Source: Antedon mediterranea
Taxonomy: Eukaryota > Animalia > Echinodermata
Reading direction: 5' to 3'
Length of the DNA stretch: 64,000 nt
Assembly (NCBI RefSeq): GCF_964355755.1
Contig: NC_092672.1
Location: 9,610,001-9,674,000, forward strand
Shown in pieces: positions 37,405 to 50,244 of the stretch (positions within the stretch are counted from its first letter, which is position 1; each line of letters begins with the position of its first letter). The translations under genes and the position numbers were made by a program. The notes under the pieces are model-generated. The model saw only the letters and a program-made list of their open reading frames with translations, did not search any database and was not told the origin of the DNA.

Positions 37405-39589
37405 CAGTGGCGTATCCAGGATTTTGAAGTTGGGGGGGGCCGGGAATTGCCAATTTGCCGACAAAATTGGTGTACATACACGACGTCTCTGATCAAGGAT
37501 TACATAGTCATATTGTCTTATATCCGGGGATAACGATGCAAAATTAAAACCAAACCAACATTATCTGTTTAGATGTTGTAGGCCTATTCATATTACAATA
37601 AAGAAAGAATTAGGAAAATCTGATTTGTAGTTTTCGAAATATAGGGTCTAAAACATCGCCGAAAATGATCGTTTTTAGCCACGAAAGAAGTAAAACAATT
37701 TGCGGCCTCAGTCGACAATTCTATTAACTACGCCATTTTTGGTTAAAATAATTACATATAATTACGTTTTTTAGTAATTTATTTTATATATCACCATTGG
37801 AAATATCAATAAAACATGTTATTAAATGCTTATAAAATATATAAAGTTGTTTACTTAACGGAATTCGGACAAATTCATTGCTCTAACTTTGTGTAGGTAA
37901 CGATCAGAGAGATTCATGCTACACGCGCGAGAGAGAAAACATTCCGCTGCGGGTGATTCGCATCCACCAATCAAATCAGCTAGAATCCTAAATCATTCAA
38001 CCGTGAGCAATGCCAATCGCGAAAAAGCTCAGCTTTGATTGGCTTACGATGACATCATATCACAAAATGGTGGTTTTGTAGTTGAGCCTCACGGAATATT
38101 CTGTTCCAAAAATGAAATACATGGATATTTTTTATGGTATATGTGCTTTTTCTTTAAACATTTTGAATAATAAAGGCCTCATATCGAGAAAAAAAACCGG
38201 GTTTTTTGCACTAAATATAAATAATTTATATCTTAGACAAAAAAGCACATGGCATGTGGAACTATATAATCTCTTAGCGTAGGAAGACATACAAATCCCA
38301 GGTCATGAGAGGCTCAACTGCATGCAAAAACAAGGTTTTAGGGTAAGGTCAGGTCAAAGACTTTTGAGTAAACAATCTACCGCGTACGGCCGTACGTACG
38401 TGCTACACATTTTTTACGTGTTTCGTTAGATGTAATGAAAATAAAAAATAGTTGATCTGAAGGGATCAATGATGATATGATATGTAAATAAACAAACACT
38501 CAAAAGAATTATGTTTACAGTTCAATTATTGTCAGAATGAATAGAATAAATTTTTTTCCCCGGCACCTTTGTTTGCCGACGGCCGCGATGATGTGCCGAC
38601 GGAAACGAAATCAGGGGGGGCCCGGGCCGCGATTTTTTTTTTCGTACATAAGTTGGGGACCCCCTCATGAAACGTCACAAAATAAACATGAATAATTCAT
38701 CAGTTAAATTTTCTTGTTCCGTGTGCACCCAAGCGTATAGCAACAAGAAGTGATTACACAAGTGCGGTACGATTCTAGGCCTATCTCCGCTGTTGTTGCG
38801 GCGTGCGATTTCATAGAAGAATAATCAGCCTTTAGTTTATGGTGTTTTTAATATATTTTTTTACTAAAGAAGTACGTGTTAAAACTATAGTTTCTATTAA
38901 TACTATTAGGCCTAATTATTAGTCTCTAAACCCATGTCTATTCTAGTACCGTAGTAGCTAGCTGTGTGGGTGTGTGTGACGTGTGTGTGTGTTAGGTATG
39001 ACCAAAGATAGTTACACTTACTATCTTTGGTATGACACAATCCGAGTAATAAGTCAGCAAAATTAAACAATAAACATTACACAAAAATACATTTTCATTC
39101 TCGTGGGTCAAATCTTCCCATCTCATGTGTTCATATACGCGCATTTTTAAAGTTCCTTTGAGTACATGCATATTGTTTGATAATAAAATAGCAGAATTAA
39201 AAAAATACAGTACACAAATTATACACATTCTTTATTCTTGTGGGTCTAAGCTTTCTTTGGGCTATGTCCAGTGAATTAGGCCTACTACTTAGTTTAATGT
39301 CTTGCCGTACTTGCCTAGCTGTCGATTAACCTCGACTCGACACATTTTGTGTGAAGAAGAGTGCGCGAAGGCAATCACGTGAATTGACTTATAATCCTAG
39401 GCCTACTGTAGAAAGTATCGTATCGCAGTTGTGTAATCACTTCTTGTTGCTATACGCTTGGGTGCACACGGAACAACAAATTTAACTGATGAATTATTCA
39501 TGTTTATTTTGTGACGTTTCATGAAGGGGTCCCCAACTTATGTACGAAAAAAAAAATCGCGCCCGGGCCCCCTACTGGATACGCCACTG
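37405..39589. mobile_element. hAT-like non-autonomous element (composite)
   Basis: Perfect inverted ends CAGTGGCGTATCCAG / CTGGATACGCCACTG. No TSD recognisable. Confidence 0.6.
38629..39560. mobile_element. MULE-like MITE with long TIRs
   Basis: TIR of ~140 bp or more (gcgattttt..cgtacataagttgggga..catgaaacgtcacaaaataaacatg), 9-bp TSD gcccgggcc. Second copy at 48549-49727. Confidence 0.85.
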
Positions 39590-40194
39590 AAGAGGGGACT
39601 TGTATTGATTGATAGGATGTCAGGAGAAGAGTGTTGCGATCCCACAGTTATTTCTTTACTTGGTCACTAATGACCTACTTTTTGAATAGAATGTCAATAA
39701 GCTTGCAATTTAGGGACAATCTTTGTATACTGTATATTCAGAAACAAAAAGCATATAAATGTATCTTTCTTATATATTTCTTTTTTCTAGGCAACACTTA
39801 TTCTTATTTAACGCCGCTGTTCGTTTATCTCTGTCCTTCAGAATCAGAATATGCCATTAACATTCTTCTTCCCGATAATAATCAATTAGTTCTGTAGACA
39901 ATTTTAATTTTGCCATTCTGATTTTATCTGAACTGTGCTAAAAGCAAGTGTATTCACTGGTCACCAAACCAAGAATGTTAATTGTCCTGTGGCTGTACTG
40001 TACAGTACCCCATGTAGGTCACTAGTAGCCCCAATGGGATTAATAATAATAAATAAACAACCTGTTTATCTATAATTATATATAAATATATAATATATTT
40101 GATTGATTATGACTTTTAATAACACTTTATAATCTTTGTATTCTATGGAACGCCGTTTACGCAACATTTCGATGATATGAATTTTATGACGCGA

Positions 40195-40400
40195 TATGTG
40201 AATGAAATGCATCGATATGAATTGAATGGCGTGATATATGAATGAAATGTTTTGAATTGAATGCTTTGAATTGAATGTTTTGAATGAAATGTTTTGAATG
40301 AAATGTTTTGAATTGAATGTTTTGAATAAATGTTTTGAATGAAATGTTTTGAATGAATTGTTTTGAATTAAATGTTTTGAATGAAATGTTTGAATGGAAT
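40195..40400 (+). repeat. Low-complexity (TGAAT/GAAATGTTT)n repeat
   Basis: Tandem tgaatgaaatgttt units. Confidence 0.85.
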
Positions 40401-40416
40401 TGAAAAGTCAACTATT

Positions 40417-40688
40417 GGCGGCGTATGTCATTCCCGCTCGCGATTTTTTTTCAACCCGGCTTAATAGGCCTAAGCATGGGTACCCTCATCTCCTTTCAAC
40501 GCTGTCATCAATATGAATCCTTTACAGAGACTCCCTAACAGACCTGAAACATTGGAATACATATTTCCGAACCCAGGTCTGTTAGGATTCTCTGTAAAGG
40601 CAGCGTGGAAGAAAGGAGATGAGGGTACCCAGGCTTAGGCCTAAGAGGTTGAGAAAATAATCGCGAGCGAGAATGACATACGCCATCG
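40417..40688. mobile_element. MITE containing a nested MITE (40473-40635)
   Basis: Outer ends ggcgtatgtcattcccgctcgcgatt / aatcgcgagcgagaatgacatacgcc. Inner ends agcatgggtaccctcatctccttt / aaaggagatgagggtacccaggct, flanked on both sides by taggccta. Confidence 0.75.
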
Positions 40689-41600
40689 AAAAAAACAGTA
40701 ACAATACTGATTACTAAAAAGTTTAACAATATTAATATTTATTTTAACTTGTTTCTTGAAAGAAAAATGTATAAGTTAAATTTTAATATTAATGTACTAG
40801 ATACTATATCTATTTATATCATAGATTAATGTGAGCATTGTAGCATCTCTTTTACTGTAAATTAGTATTATAACTACCTACTACTAGACCTATAAAATAG
40901 ATTGTGAAGTAATTATTGGTCGTGTTGTATTTAAAAAAAAAAAAAAAATTAATTATGGTATAATTAATATTCATATCATCATACTCGTCAGAACAAGTGC
41001 ATAGGTGTGTTATTTGTATACATGTTGCAGACTTCTATATAGAATATTTTATTTTATGATTTTTTTTTCTTTTTACCACAGGGTAATAAAAATCTGCTGT
41101 ACCAAAACACTTTCCTGACCTTGATTGGACTTGCAGTTGATAATGCCGTAAGAACTTGTGATTTTACCCAAGAAATTTAAATACATTTTCAGGTAAATGG
41201 ATTTATAATATCAAAATCTCCTACAATAAAACCTGGTGAATAAGAATGTTTAGTTTTATTTATAATGATATTAAGAGAAACTGTGGCTGATATGATACTT
41301 TTGTTTTTTGGTGCTCAATCTAGTTCCTGGTTGACATTTAATATTTGTTTGTTCTTAGAGTGTATGGTAGCTGAATTATTTTGTCTTGCATAGCTTGTTG
41401 GCTCCTTAACAAACTGCAGCACCTGTTGAAAACAAATTTGCAATGATATAAAATATCAAGGTGCAAGATGTTATATATTTGTCTGTTACTCTACAGTATT
41501 ATTTAATCGGGTCAATTTATGTACAGTATCTTTTATTCACATATTATAAATATTAATATAACACACTATCAAGGAAAAATTATTATTATATATATATTTT

Positions 41601-42066
41601 GGTTCCATGTGATGAACACTAATAAAATCAAGCTTATTTGAGCAATTGAATGCTGTTTAATTAAACAGCATTCAATTGCATAATTGCATTCAATTACGTA
41701 ATTTCTGTGATTTTCCCTAAGAGCGTGTTTTTTAATTAAACAGAATTCAATTGCTTAAATAGACTTGATTTTTTCTTGTTTAAGTTTACTTTAGTTCCAT
41801 GTGATGAACACTAATAATTTCATTCAATAAAAATAAATTTAAAGGTACAGTTACGTAATTTCTGTGATTTTTCTTGAGAGCGTGTTTTTTAATTAAACAG
41901 CATTCAATTGCTTAGATAGACCTGATTGTTTCTTGTTTGAGTTTACTTTAGTTCCATGTGATGAACACTAATAATTTCATTCAATAAAAATAAATTTAAA
42001 GGTACAGTTATGAAATTTCTGTGATTTTTCCCTGAGAGCGTGTTTTTTTAGTTAAATAACATTCAA
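41601..42066 (+). repeat. ~157-bp tandem repeat, about 3 copies
   Basis: gttccatgtgatgaacactaataa recurs at ~41602, 41794 and 41951. Confidence 0.8.
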
Positions 42067-42249
42067 TTCAAATCTCCATTTTTTAACCACCATGAGTTCG
42101 GGTCCATTTAAACAAGCTGGGCAAGCTGTAAATTGTATTAATCCACTATGTATGCATATTGTTTGTATTATTCAATAATTTTGTAATTAATCGATACCAT
42201 TAATTCCAACAAACAAATGGTAGGGCTACTGAAAATTATTTATGTGGTC

Positions 42250-42950
42250 CATAGTTACCAACCGTCTCGCATTGTTCGGGACGGTCTCGCATCGTTCGGG
42301 ACGGTCCCGCATTTCAAGTGATTTTTAATGAAACACGCGTTTAAACCTAAGTAGGCCTATATACGATGCGTTATCATTTTTTAACACAATTTGAGAGGAA
42401 AATGCATTCAAATTAATTGGTATATTTTAAAAGTATAGAACATTATACGAGTAGGCCTATTTATATTATTACACCACACATCAATAAAATACGTAATATC
42501 AGGGAAAGTTACAATTAATGTGTCCGTGGTCGCTCGCCGTGACGAGGATGGGCCTATAACCATGTGGCGTTTGTCATGATCACAATTACACATGACATGG
42601 TTTTGTGTGCGTTTATAAAAGGAAACCCGATTTTCTTGCTATTGGTTGGTGGATCAGTTCAATTTTTACCCTCCAAAAAATGTTTTTTAATAAATAAATT
42701 CATGAATCTGCATGAAAAACGTTTAATTATAGATTAACAAAAAAGGAGTAATATACAATTTAATAATATTTGCATCGTTTACCGTACCGAAATACAAGAG
42801 GTGCCATTCATCATGAATTTTACGATTGAGAGTAATATTTCCGGAGTGCCAGTGAACTAAATTTGTTTCCGTCGCAAGTCGCCACGAGGGGGTGGGGCCT
42901 GTAAATACGTATGTGTCCGATCACGCATTTTAAACAGGTTGGCAAGTATG
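42250..42950. mobile_element. MITE with 6-bp TSD (possibly hAT6-like)
   Basis: CATAGTTACCAACC ... GGTTGGCAAGTATG flanked by gtggtc on both sides. Confidence 0.7.
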
Positions 42951-43640
42951 GTGGTCATCGTTAAATTGGTTGTTATTACAACAATTAAATACTTTTAAGT
43001 ATTTAATTGTATGTATTAAAATAAGTACAACAAAACAAACTCGCTCTAAAAATAACAAAAATTGCATATTTAACTTGGGACTTTGCAGTAAAGAGAGCAT
43101 GTTAAAAAGATGAATCTGTCATTGAGTAAGATGAAACTTAAAGTGAGTTAAAACAGATTTTCTTAATAATCATACTTAGAGATGCAATTCATCAAAATAA
43201 TATTTATATGAAATTTAAACACTTTTATAGCCTATGCATGTACGCCTGTGCCATGTTATGCTTTACAAAAATTATCCAGTATAGTATGACCCGTGCCGGG
43301 TATTTTCTTTTTAATACCGTCTATGGAAAATTGCCTTGATCATTTCGAATTTATATCTCCATATTTTGACCTCGTGTTATTTCTTGTATACGGCAATTGA
43401 AATAAAACCTTAAATCATACTACAAAAATACACCGTAATTTATAAAAGTAGAAATGTGAAAGAAAACACGAGAGAGAAAAAAAAAAACTTTACAGTAGGT
43501 TTCTACAATATACAGCAAATAGTATCTTTGAATACAGTTACAAATCCACGGAATAAAATATATAGAGGGCATGGCAGCAATCAGGAAATCGTTTGTATAT
43601 ATACCTGCAGTTTTTCAATTATTATTATAAATTTGACTGC

Positions 43641-44519
43641 AATAGACACGTTTCGCGCTCGCGAGGTCACCGTCAGTTTGACCTTTTAGTGGGTATACAA
43701 ACAAACACAGCGAGAGGTATGTTAAAAGCATGGATGGGAGAACTGAGAGATGATCATCTTAAAAAGCAATCGTCAAAACTAGCCTTTGATGGAATGGCAT
43801 GGTAAGGATGTTATTTATTTTCTAAACTTATGTTTTATATTCACTGTAGAATTATTTGAGCATTTGGTTCGGAATCATCGACTTTATTTATGTAATGTAT
43901 TGTCATTTTTGGTTTGACACATATTACTATTAGTAATTACGGTGCATTAATACATGTTAACTGTTGATTTTATTTACAAATGTTGCGTAAATATATTAAT
44001 TATTATCTTTCATTCTTCTTCATGCTCCTATTGCATCTTCCATGTATTATGTGATGTTCTTCGGCGCTTAAACAGACACCCAAACCTCCGAGTCCTAGGC
44101 CTAGTAGTAGACGAAGTACCGCATCAGGCAACGCCACCGGGCCGGGCGGAGAGACTCGAGCACGTACAATCGTGGACGTACCTTTCCTTGAAAAATGTCC
44201 AAGATTTTGCGTCACTATCCTTCGGAGCCGACGCAAACCACTCAGCAAGTGTTTGAAAATTAAAAACAGGAATATTATTCAGTGATTTTGTGTAGTTAAA
44301 TTCACGATTTATCCAACATATACAACATTTATGATGCACCTTGCAACAAAAGCACTCGGCAGTCGCCATTTCGCTATGCTTCAACACGCACTAGGCATGG
44401 AGGTATAAAATAGAATAAAATATTTTTATACCTCCATGCACTAGGCGAGAGGTGTTCGGTTTGTTTACAAATCTATACCCACTATTTCTGATTGGTCGCG
44501 AGCGCGAAACGTGTCTATT
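43641..44519. mobile_element. Non-autonomous TIR element with a coding remnant
   Basis: 24-bp perfect TIR AATAGACACGTTTCGCGCTCGCGA. The minus-strand remnant KSWTFFKERYVHD..IHGRCNRSMKKNE resembles DNA-transposon accessory ORFs. Confidence 0.7.
44396..44438. mobile_element. 43-bp micro-MITE with CATGGAG termini and 7-bp TSD
   Basis: catggaggtataaaa..ttttatacctccatg flanked by cactagg. Confidence 0.75.
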
Positions 44520-44559
44520 ACCCACAGTAAAATGGAATAGCCATTCTTTAACAGGCAAT

Positions 44560-46638
44560 ACCTCAAGACAAATACAATATAATTATGTATGCCTCATAAA
44601 TATTTCATTTGATGATGTCGCTTATGCTATATCAAAGGCAAAAAATAACAAAAGTCCAGGTATTGACTCTATAACAAACGAAATGTTAAAAAACGGAGGT
44701 AATCTAATCACATTATCACTCCAAAAATTGTTTACCAGAATTTATATACAAACTGAAACTATACCGAATGAATGGAATGAAGGGATAATTATCCCAATAT
44801 TTAAAAAAGGAGATCGACGTGATCTCAATAATTATCGAGGTATCACACTTAATTCATGTGTTTCAAAAATCTTTAATCGAATTATTGCATATAATATTTC
44901 TCAATTTTTAGAAGAAAATGGCATCCTTGGTGAAGTCCAAGGGGGCTTTCGGACAGACAGAAGATGTGAAGACCACATTTTTGTCTTGAAAAGCATTATC
45001 GCCACAAGGCGTGCTGAGGGTAAAAAAACATTTCTGGCCTTTTTGGACTTTAAAAAAGCCTTTGATTCAGTCTGGCGACAAGGGTTAATTACGGCTGCCA
45101 AAAGAATTGGTATCCGTGGTAAACTCCTTAACTTACTAAGAAATATATAAGATGATGTTAAATGCAAAGTTTTGTTCAATGACATAGAATCTGATAAGTT
45201 TAGCATTAATGAAGGAGTGAAACAAGGCTGTTCATTGTCACCAGTTCTTTTTCTATTTACATTAACGAACTAAATAATCTAATCAAAAGTCATAAACTAG
45301 GTGTTCAAATCTATGGCACACAAATAGGTGCACTATTTTTTGCTGATGACGTGGTTTTAATCGGTGACAATGAGTCTGAACTTGTGAAACTACTTAAAGT
45401 AGCAAGTGATTATTCACAAGCATGGAAATTAGAGTTTAATTTTGACAAATCAAATGTGCTGGTCACAGGGCAAAGAGTAAATCCACATAGAACATGGAGC
45501 CTTGGTAATCATTATATCACAGAAATAGAAAGGTATAAATATCTTGGTGTAATAATATCACGTTCATATACAGATTCTGACAATATCAATGAAGTAATCA
45601 AAAAGGGAAATAGGATAATAGCCTATATTACCTCTATTATAAACAATCAGAATGATTTCAATAGGGTATACTATGGTGATCTTTTATGGAGAACGATAGG
45701 ATTACCAACAATTAATTACGCCTCTGCAATATGGTTATGTAACTCTAAAGGTTCACTAAATAAGTTAGAAAATTTACAATACCAAATGGCTAGAATTATT
45801 TTGAAGGCACCAAGAAACGTTGCGAAAGCGGCATTGATTGGTGACCTAGGATGGGAGACACTCTACACCATCCAAAATAAATTTAGGATGTCCTATTGTA
45901 ACAGAATTAAAAATATGGACGACCAAAGGTGGCAAAAACTACTATGTAGATCTATAATGGATGTAGAAGATAAGGTGAAATGGAAGTGGATTAACCATAT
46001 CAAAGATTTATTATGTAAATTTGATTTAGGAAATAAGTTTAATTTAATTCCGGAAAGTCAATGGTTCAAGAGTTTTACACATGCCAACTCTCTAGAAAAT
46101 ATCAAGGAATGGTTAGAAGGTGCAAAAACAAAGTCAACCCTCTCCGAATATTTGAAATATAAACATGAACCTAAAGCAGAGACATACATGTTTGATATGG
46201 TGAATTTTGCTTCCATTAGTTTAAAGTTTAAAGCGAGGTCTAACTCTCTTGATTTAGAAGGTAGAAAAAATACATGGTCAGAAAATGAGACTGGTTTTTG
46301 CAAGCTATGCAACAATCAGTTAATTGAAACTACAGACCATTTTCTACTTGAATGTTCAAACCTTAAAAATGTAAGAGAAACACATTTTAACTTACTAAAA
46401 ATGGATTTATTGTATTGTGGTTATGATACATTCTGGGAGAATTTTAGAAGTGGTACAATCGAATACCAACATCATATTTTACTTGATGACCTTTATTTAG
46501 AATTTCCATTTGAGAGAATCGGTGAAATTGTAGACATAGAAAGACTACACTTAATATATAATATATAAATATTTACCGCCCACCATATTATCTACTAACA
46601 TTATTTTACCATTTATCTAATTCAATAATATATTATAT

Positions 46639-46673
<35 letters not shown>

Positions 46674-47203
46674 CTTCAAAATTATATAATGTAACCTAAA
46701 TCTAAATAAAATAAATAAATAATACAGTACTAAAAATAAGACTAAATAGTATAATAAAAATTGTATCACATTTAATTAAATTACAAATAACTATTAATAT
46801 TAAATATAATAAGAACAAATAATCATATAAAAGTTGCATTTATTTTAATAATAACAGTATAATAAATCAATTAGCAATTATATATATATATATATATTTT
46901 TTTTTTTAGTAATAATAATGATAATATATTCGCTTAAAACTTGAAAATATTAATAATACTGATAATAAATAGATAATAACATTAACTCCATCATATAGGT
47001 TAAGTATTGTTCGATATGTAAGATTACCTTGTTTTTACTAATTTCATTTTACTTGTATAATTCGCTTCTTAGTTAAGACTTAAATGTTATTTTTTGATAC
47101 TTTTCTTTTTGTTTTTACATTACCTTGTAAATGAACGCACCGTCTTATAAACGTGTGCCGCTGATACAAAAGCGTTCGTTCAATAAATTTATCTTATCTT
47201 ATC
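44560..47203 (+). mobile_element. 5'-truncated, decayed non-LTR retrotransposon (RTE-X/CR1-group-like RT)
   Basis: RT motifs KSPGIDSI, PIFKKGD..NYRGITL, QGGFR, FLDFKKAFDSV, GVKQGCSLSPVLF, FADD, YKYLG, and C-terminal CKLC..ETTDHFLLEC. Stop at 45148 and frameshift at ~45250. Ends AATAAA-(TTATC)n. Confidence 0.88.
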
Positions 47204-48548
47204 ACTCTCAGCGCCGACGTGTTGCAGCAAACCGCAATTGAGTTGAGTAGCCCTACGAAGGAGGCCTAGGCCAGGGCTGAACAATTAATAAACAAAACAA
47301 CTTGGCAAGACGATTTTATATTTCAACAGTTGTTCAGTCTCGATCGTACATTCAGCACTGTACGTACTCGATCTTTTTCATTTTGAAACAAAATGATCAT
47401 TGGTTTATTCGAAATCCATATTTACATACCGCCCGCCCCATGTAGCCGGTATGATAACCTACGTCATTCTTATCGGATGTTTGCGGTCTGCAAATCGATT
47501 TCTATACGTGTTTCACAAGTCTGTATTTTCACACAAAAATCGCGGTCGAAATAAAAACAAATAAATTTAAAAAAAAAGACATTAAATGCAGACTTGGGGC
47601 AAGTCTACATTAGAGGTAATAATCTGTGATAGTTTTTATTGCTTTGTAGGCCTATTATAATACAAGTTCATTAAATTATAGGTCAACACTGTAACTAATC
47701 CCTCACTATTCAATAGAAATATTATTATACTACTACTGTATATTGTTGAAAAATGGATTGCGTGATATCAAAATTGATTGATGTAAAACGTAACCAAGAT
47801 ACGATCTTGTCTGGTATTCATGCACTGATGAAGCGGAGGATTGTTTTTGTACATGTAAATGTTGTTACAAAGATATATTTTGGTTGTGATCGGTCGATAA
47901 ATTCGTTGGCGCCAGCATTTTAGGCTTACTTCTTTTACCAATTTTAACAATAAGCTAACAACAAAACATTGAACAATGATATAATGCCGTAAAACTCCTT
48001 TAAAATATGACTAAGTCTATCAAGTTCCGAGTTTGCTCAGCTACCGACGCGGTATAATTCTCTGTTAATTCTGAAATTCGGCCTAATATTACGGACGTAT
48101 ACGGAAATGAAGATAAACTGGGTACTACACGGAAAAATAAAACTATACGCAAAACTATGATTTGGCCTTAATTATGGAAAAACGCAATAATTGGGAACAA
48201 ATTGACGACCCATATGACGGGTTTTTCCCGAACACAGTGTGTGTTGGCCTCCTTTCGTACCTCTCATCAAGAGGGAGATAAATCTCCCTGCTCTCTGACG
48301 CGCGCATCACAAGAAACTTAGTCAATCCGTTTTTTGATCTGCGTCGTATGCTCAGAAACTTATCTACTCTTATCTGTGCGCGGTATAGTAGGCCTATTGG
48401 TGACTGCTGTGCCAATTTACAAATATTCTCTTCCAGACTGGACTTCTATAACGTATAAATATGGATATTGTATACGAAGAAATGGGACTCAATTTTAATT
48501 TAGTGGCAGAAACAACATTTAGTATGAAATTAAGGGTGTTGCCCGGGC

Positions 48549-49727
48549 ACGATTTTTTTTTCGGACCCCCTCATGAAACGTCACAAAATAAACATGAATA
48601 ATTCATCAGTTAAATTTTCTTGTTCCGTGTGCACACCCAAGCGTATAGCAACAAGAAGTGATTACACAACTTCGATACGATACTTTCTACAGTAGGCCTA
48701 GGATTCTAAGTAAATTCACGTGATTGCCTTCGCGCACTCTTCTTCACACACACACACACACCACTATGCAAAATGTTTCGAGTCGAGGCTAATCGACAGC
48801 TAGAGGCAAGACATTACACTAAGTAGTAATTCATTGGACATAGCCCGGGTGTCACGAAACCTAAGACCACGAAAGCTAAGACCTCCTAAGACCTAAGATC
48901 ACGAAAGCTAAGACCCAAGACCTAAGATTTACAAATATTTATCTTTCGCACCTGCCTTGTATTTTAACTCCCAACATTTATTCTGAATACCACACCTTAG
49001 AATTAGCACTTTATGAAAAAGAATCACATAAAAAGTAACAAATACATTTTCAAATTGATGATTTTACAGACGTTTTTCTCGCACACATACTCTTTGCGAA
49101 TTTCGCATGGCCTACACTACAGTTAGGCCTACATCATGTTAAATGTTTTTGTTTCTATGGAACGTCAATAGAGCAAAAATTATATAGAGGGCTGAAAACT
49201 CTGTGGAGTCCATCTACAGTGTGGATGGAACAATGTGAAATTAAAATTGTAATAATAATAGTATAATCATGCTAGTACGAAGAAATAAATACTCGCAAAT
49301 AAATTTTAATTTAAAAATCATGATTGTGGATAATAAATTTGTTTGTTTCGTTTTCTTTCTGTTTTTATACTTGTACTATTATTGTTGCTCTTTTGGCGCT
49401 TCATAGAAACAAAAACATTGAGCATGAGGAGTTACAGTATACAAAGAAACACGTCTGTAAAAACATCAATTTAAAGGATTTATTTATTTGTTTTTATGTG
49501 TTCATAGTGGTGTGTGTGTGAAGAAGAGTGCGCGAAGGCAATCACGTGAATTGACTTAGAATCCTAGGCCTACTGTAGAAAGTATCGTATCTCAGTTGTG
49601 TAATCACTTCTTGTTGCTATACGCTTGGGTGCACACGGAACAAGATAATTGAACTGATGAATTATTCATGTTTATTTTGTGACGTTTCATGAGGGGTCAC
49701 CAACTTATGTACGAAAAAAAAAATCGC
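48549..49727. mobile_element. Second copy of the long-TIR MULE-like MITE
   Basis: Same TIR sequence as 38629-39560, with an internal inverted repeat and a ctaagacc array. Confidence 0.8.
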
Positions 49728-50244
49728 CGGCGGGTAAGGTTTGACCGTAACGTATACAATATATGTGTGAAATGTAAAGCTTTCTTATGGCCCTCCCATG
49801 CACATGTTCGCAACACGCTGCTTGGTAGGCCTATAGTGTTCGTTATAAGAAGACGAGATGTAATTATACGTCCATGGTTTAACCATGTAATGTATAATAT
49901 TTATTTCTTTTTAATTTATTTTTAATATGTCGAATGCAGTTTTTAAATGATGCACTCTTGGCGTTCCATATCTGTTCGTTTGTTCGTGTCGACACATGAT
50001 CGTAGTATCAAATGGCGATATTTCTGTATTTTTTCAATCAATTGCTTGCTTGCGAGTATTATATAAGGTATGGTTTAAAGATCTTTGGCTATGTTCGGCT
50101 TCGGGATGTTATACCACACTTAGGCCTAGGCTAGGCTAGGCAAAAGGGGTCGTCGGTTTCGTGTTATATGGGTCGTCAAATTCTAGGTCGTCCAATTCGA
50201 GGTCGCCCGGGTCGTTGGGGTCGTCCAATTCGAGGTCGTCGCTT

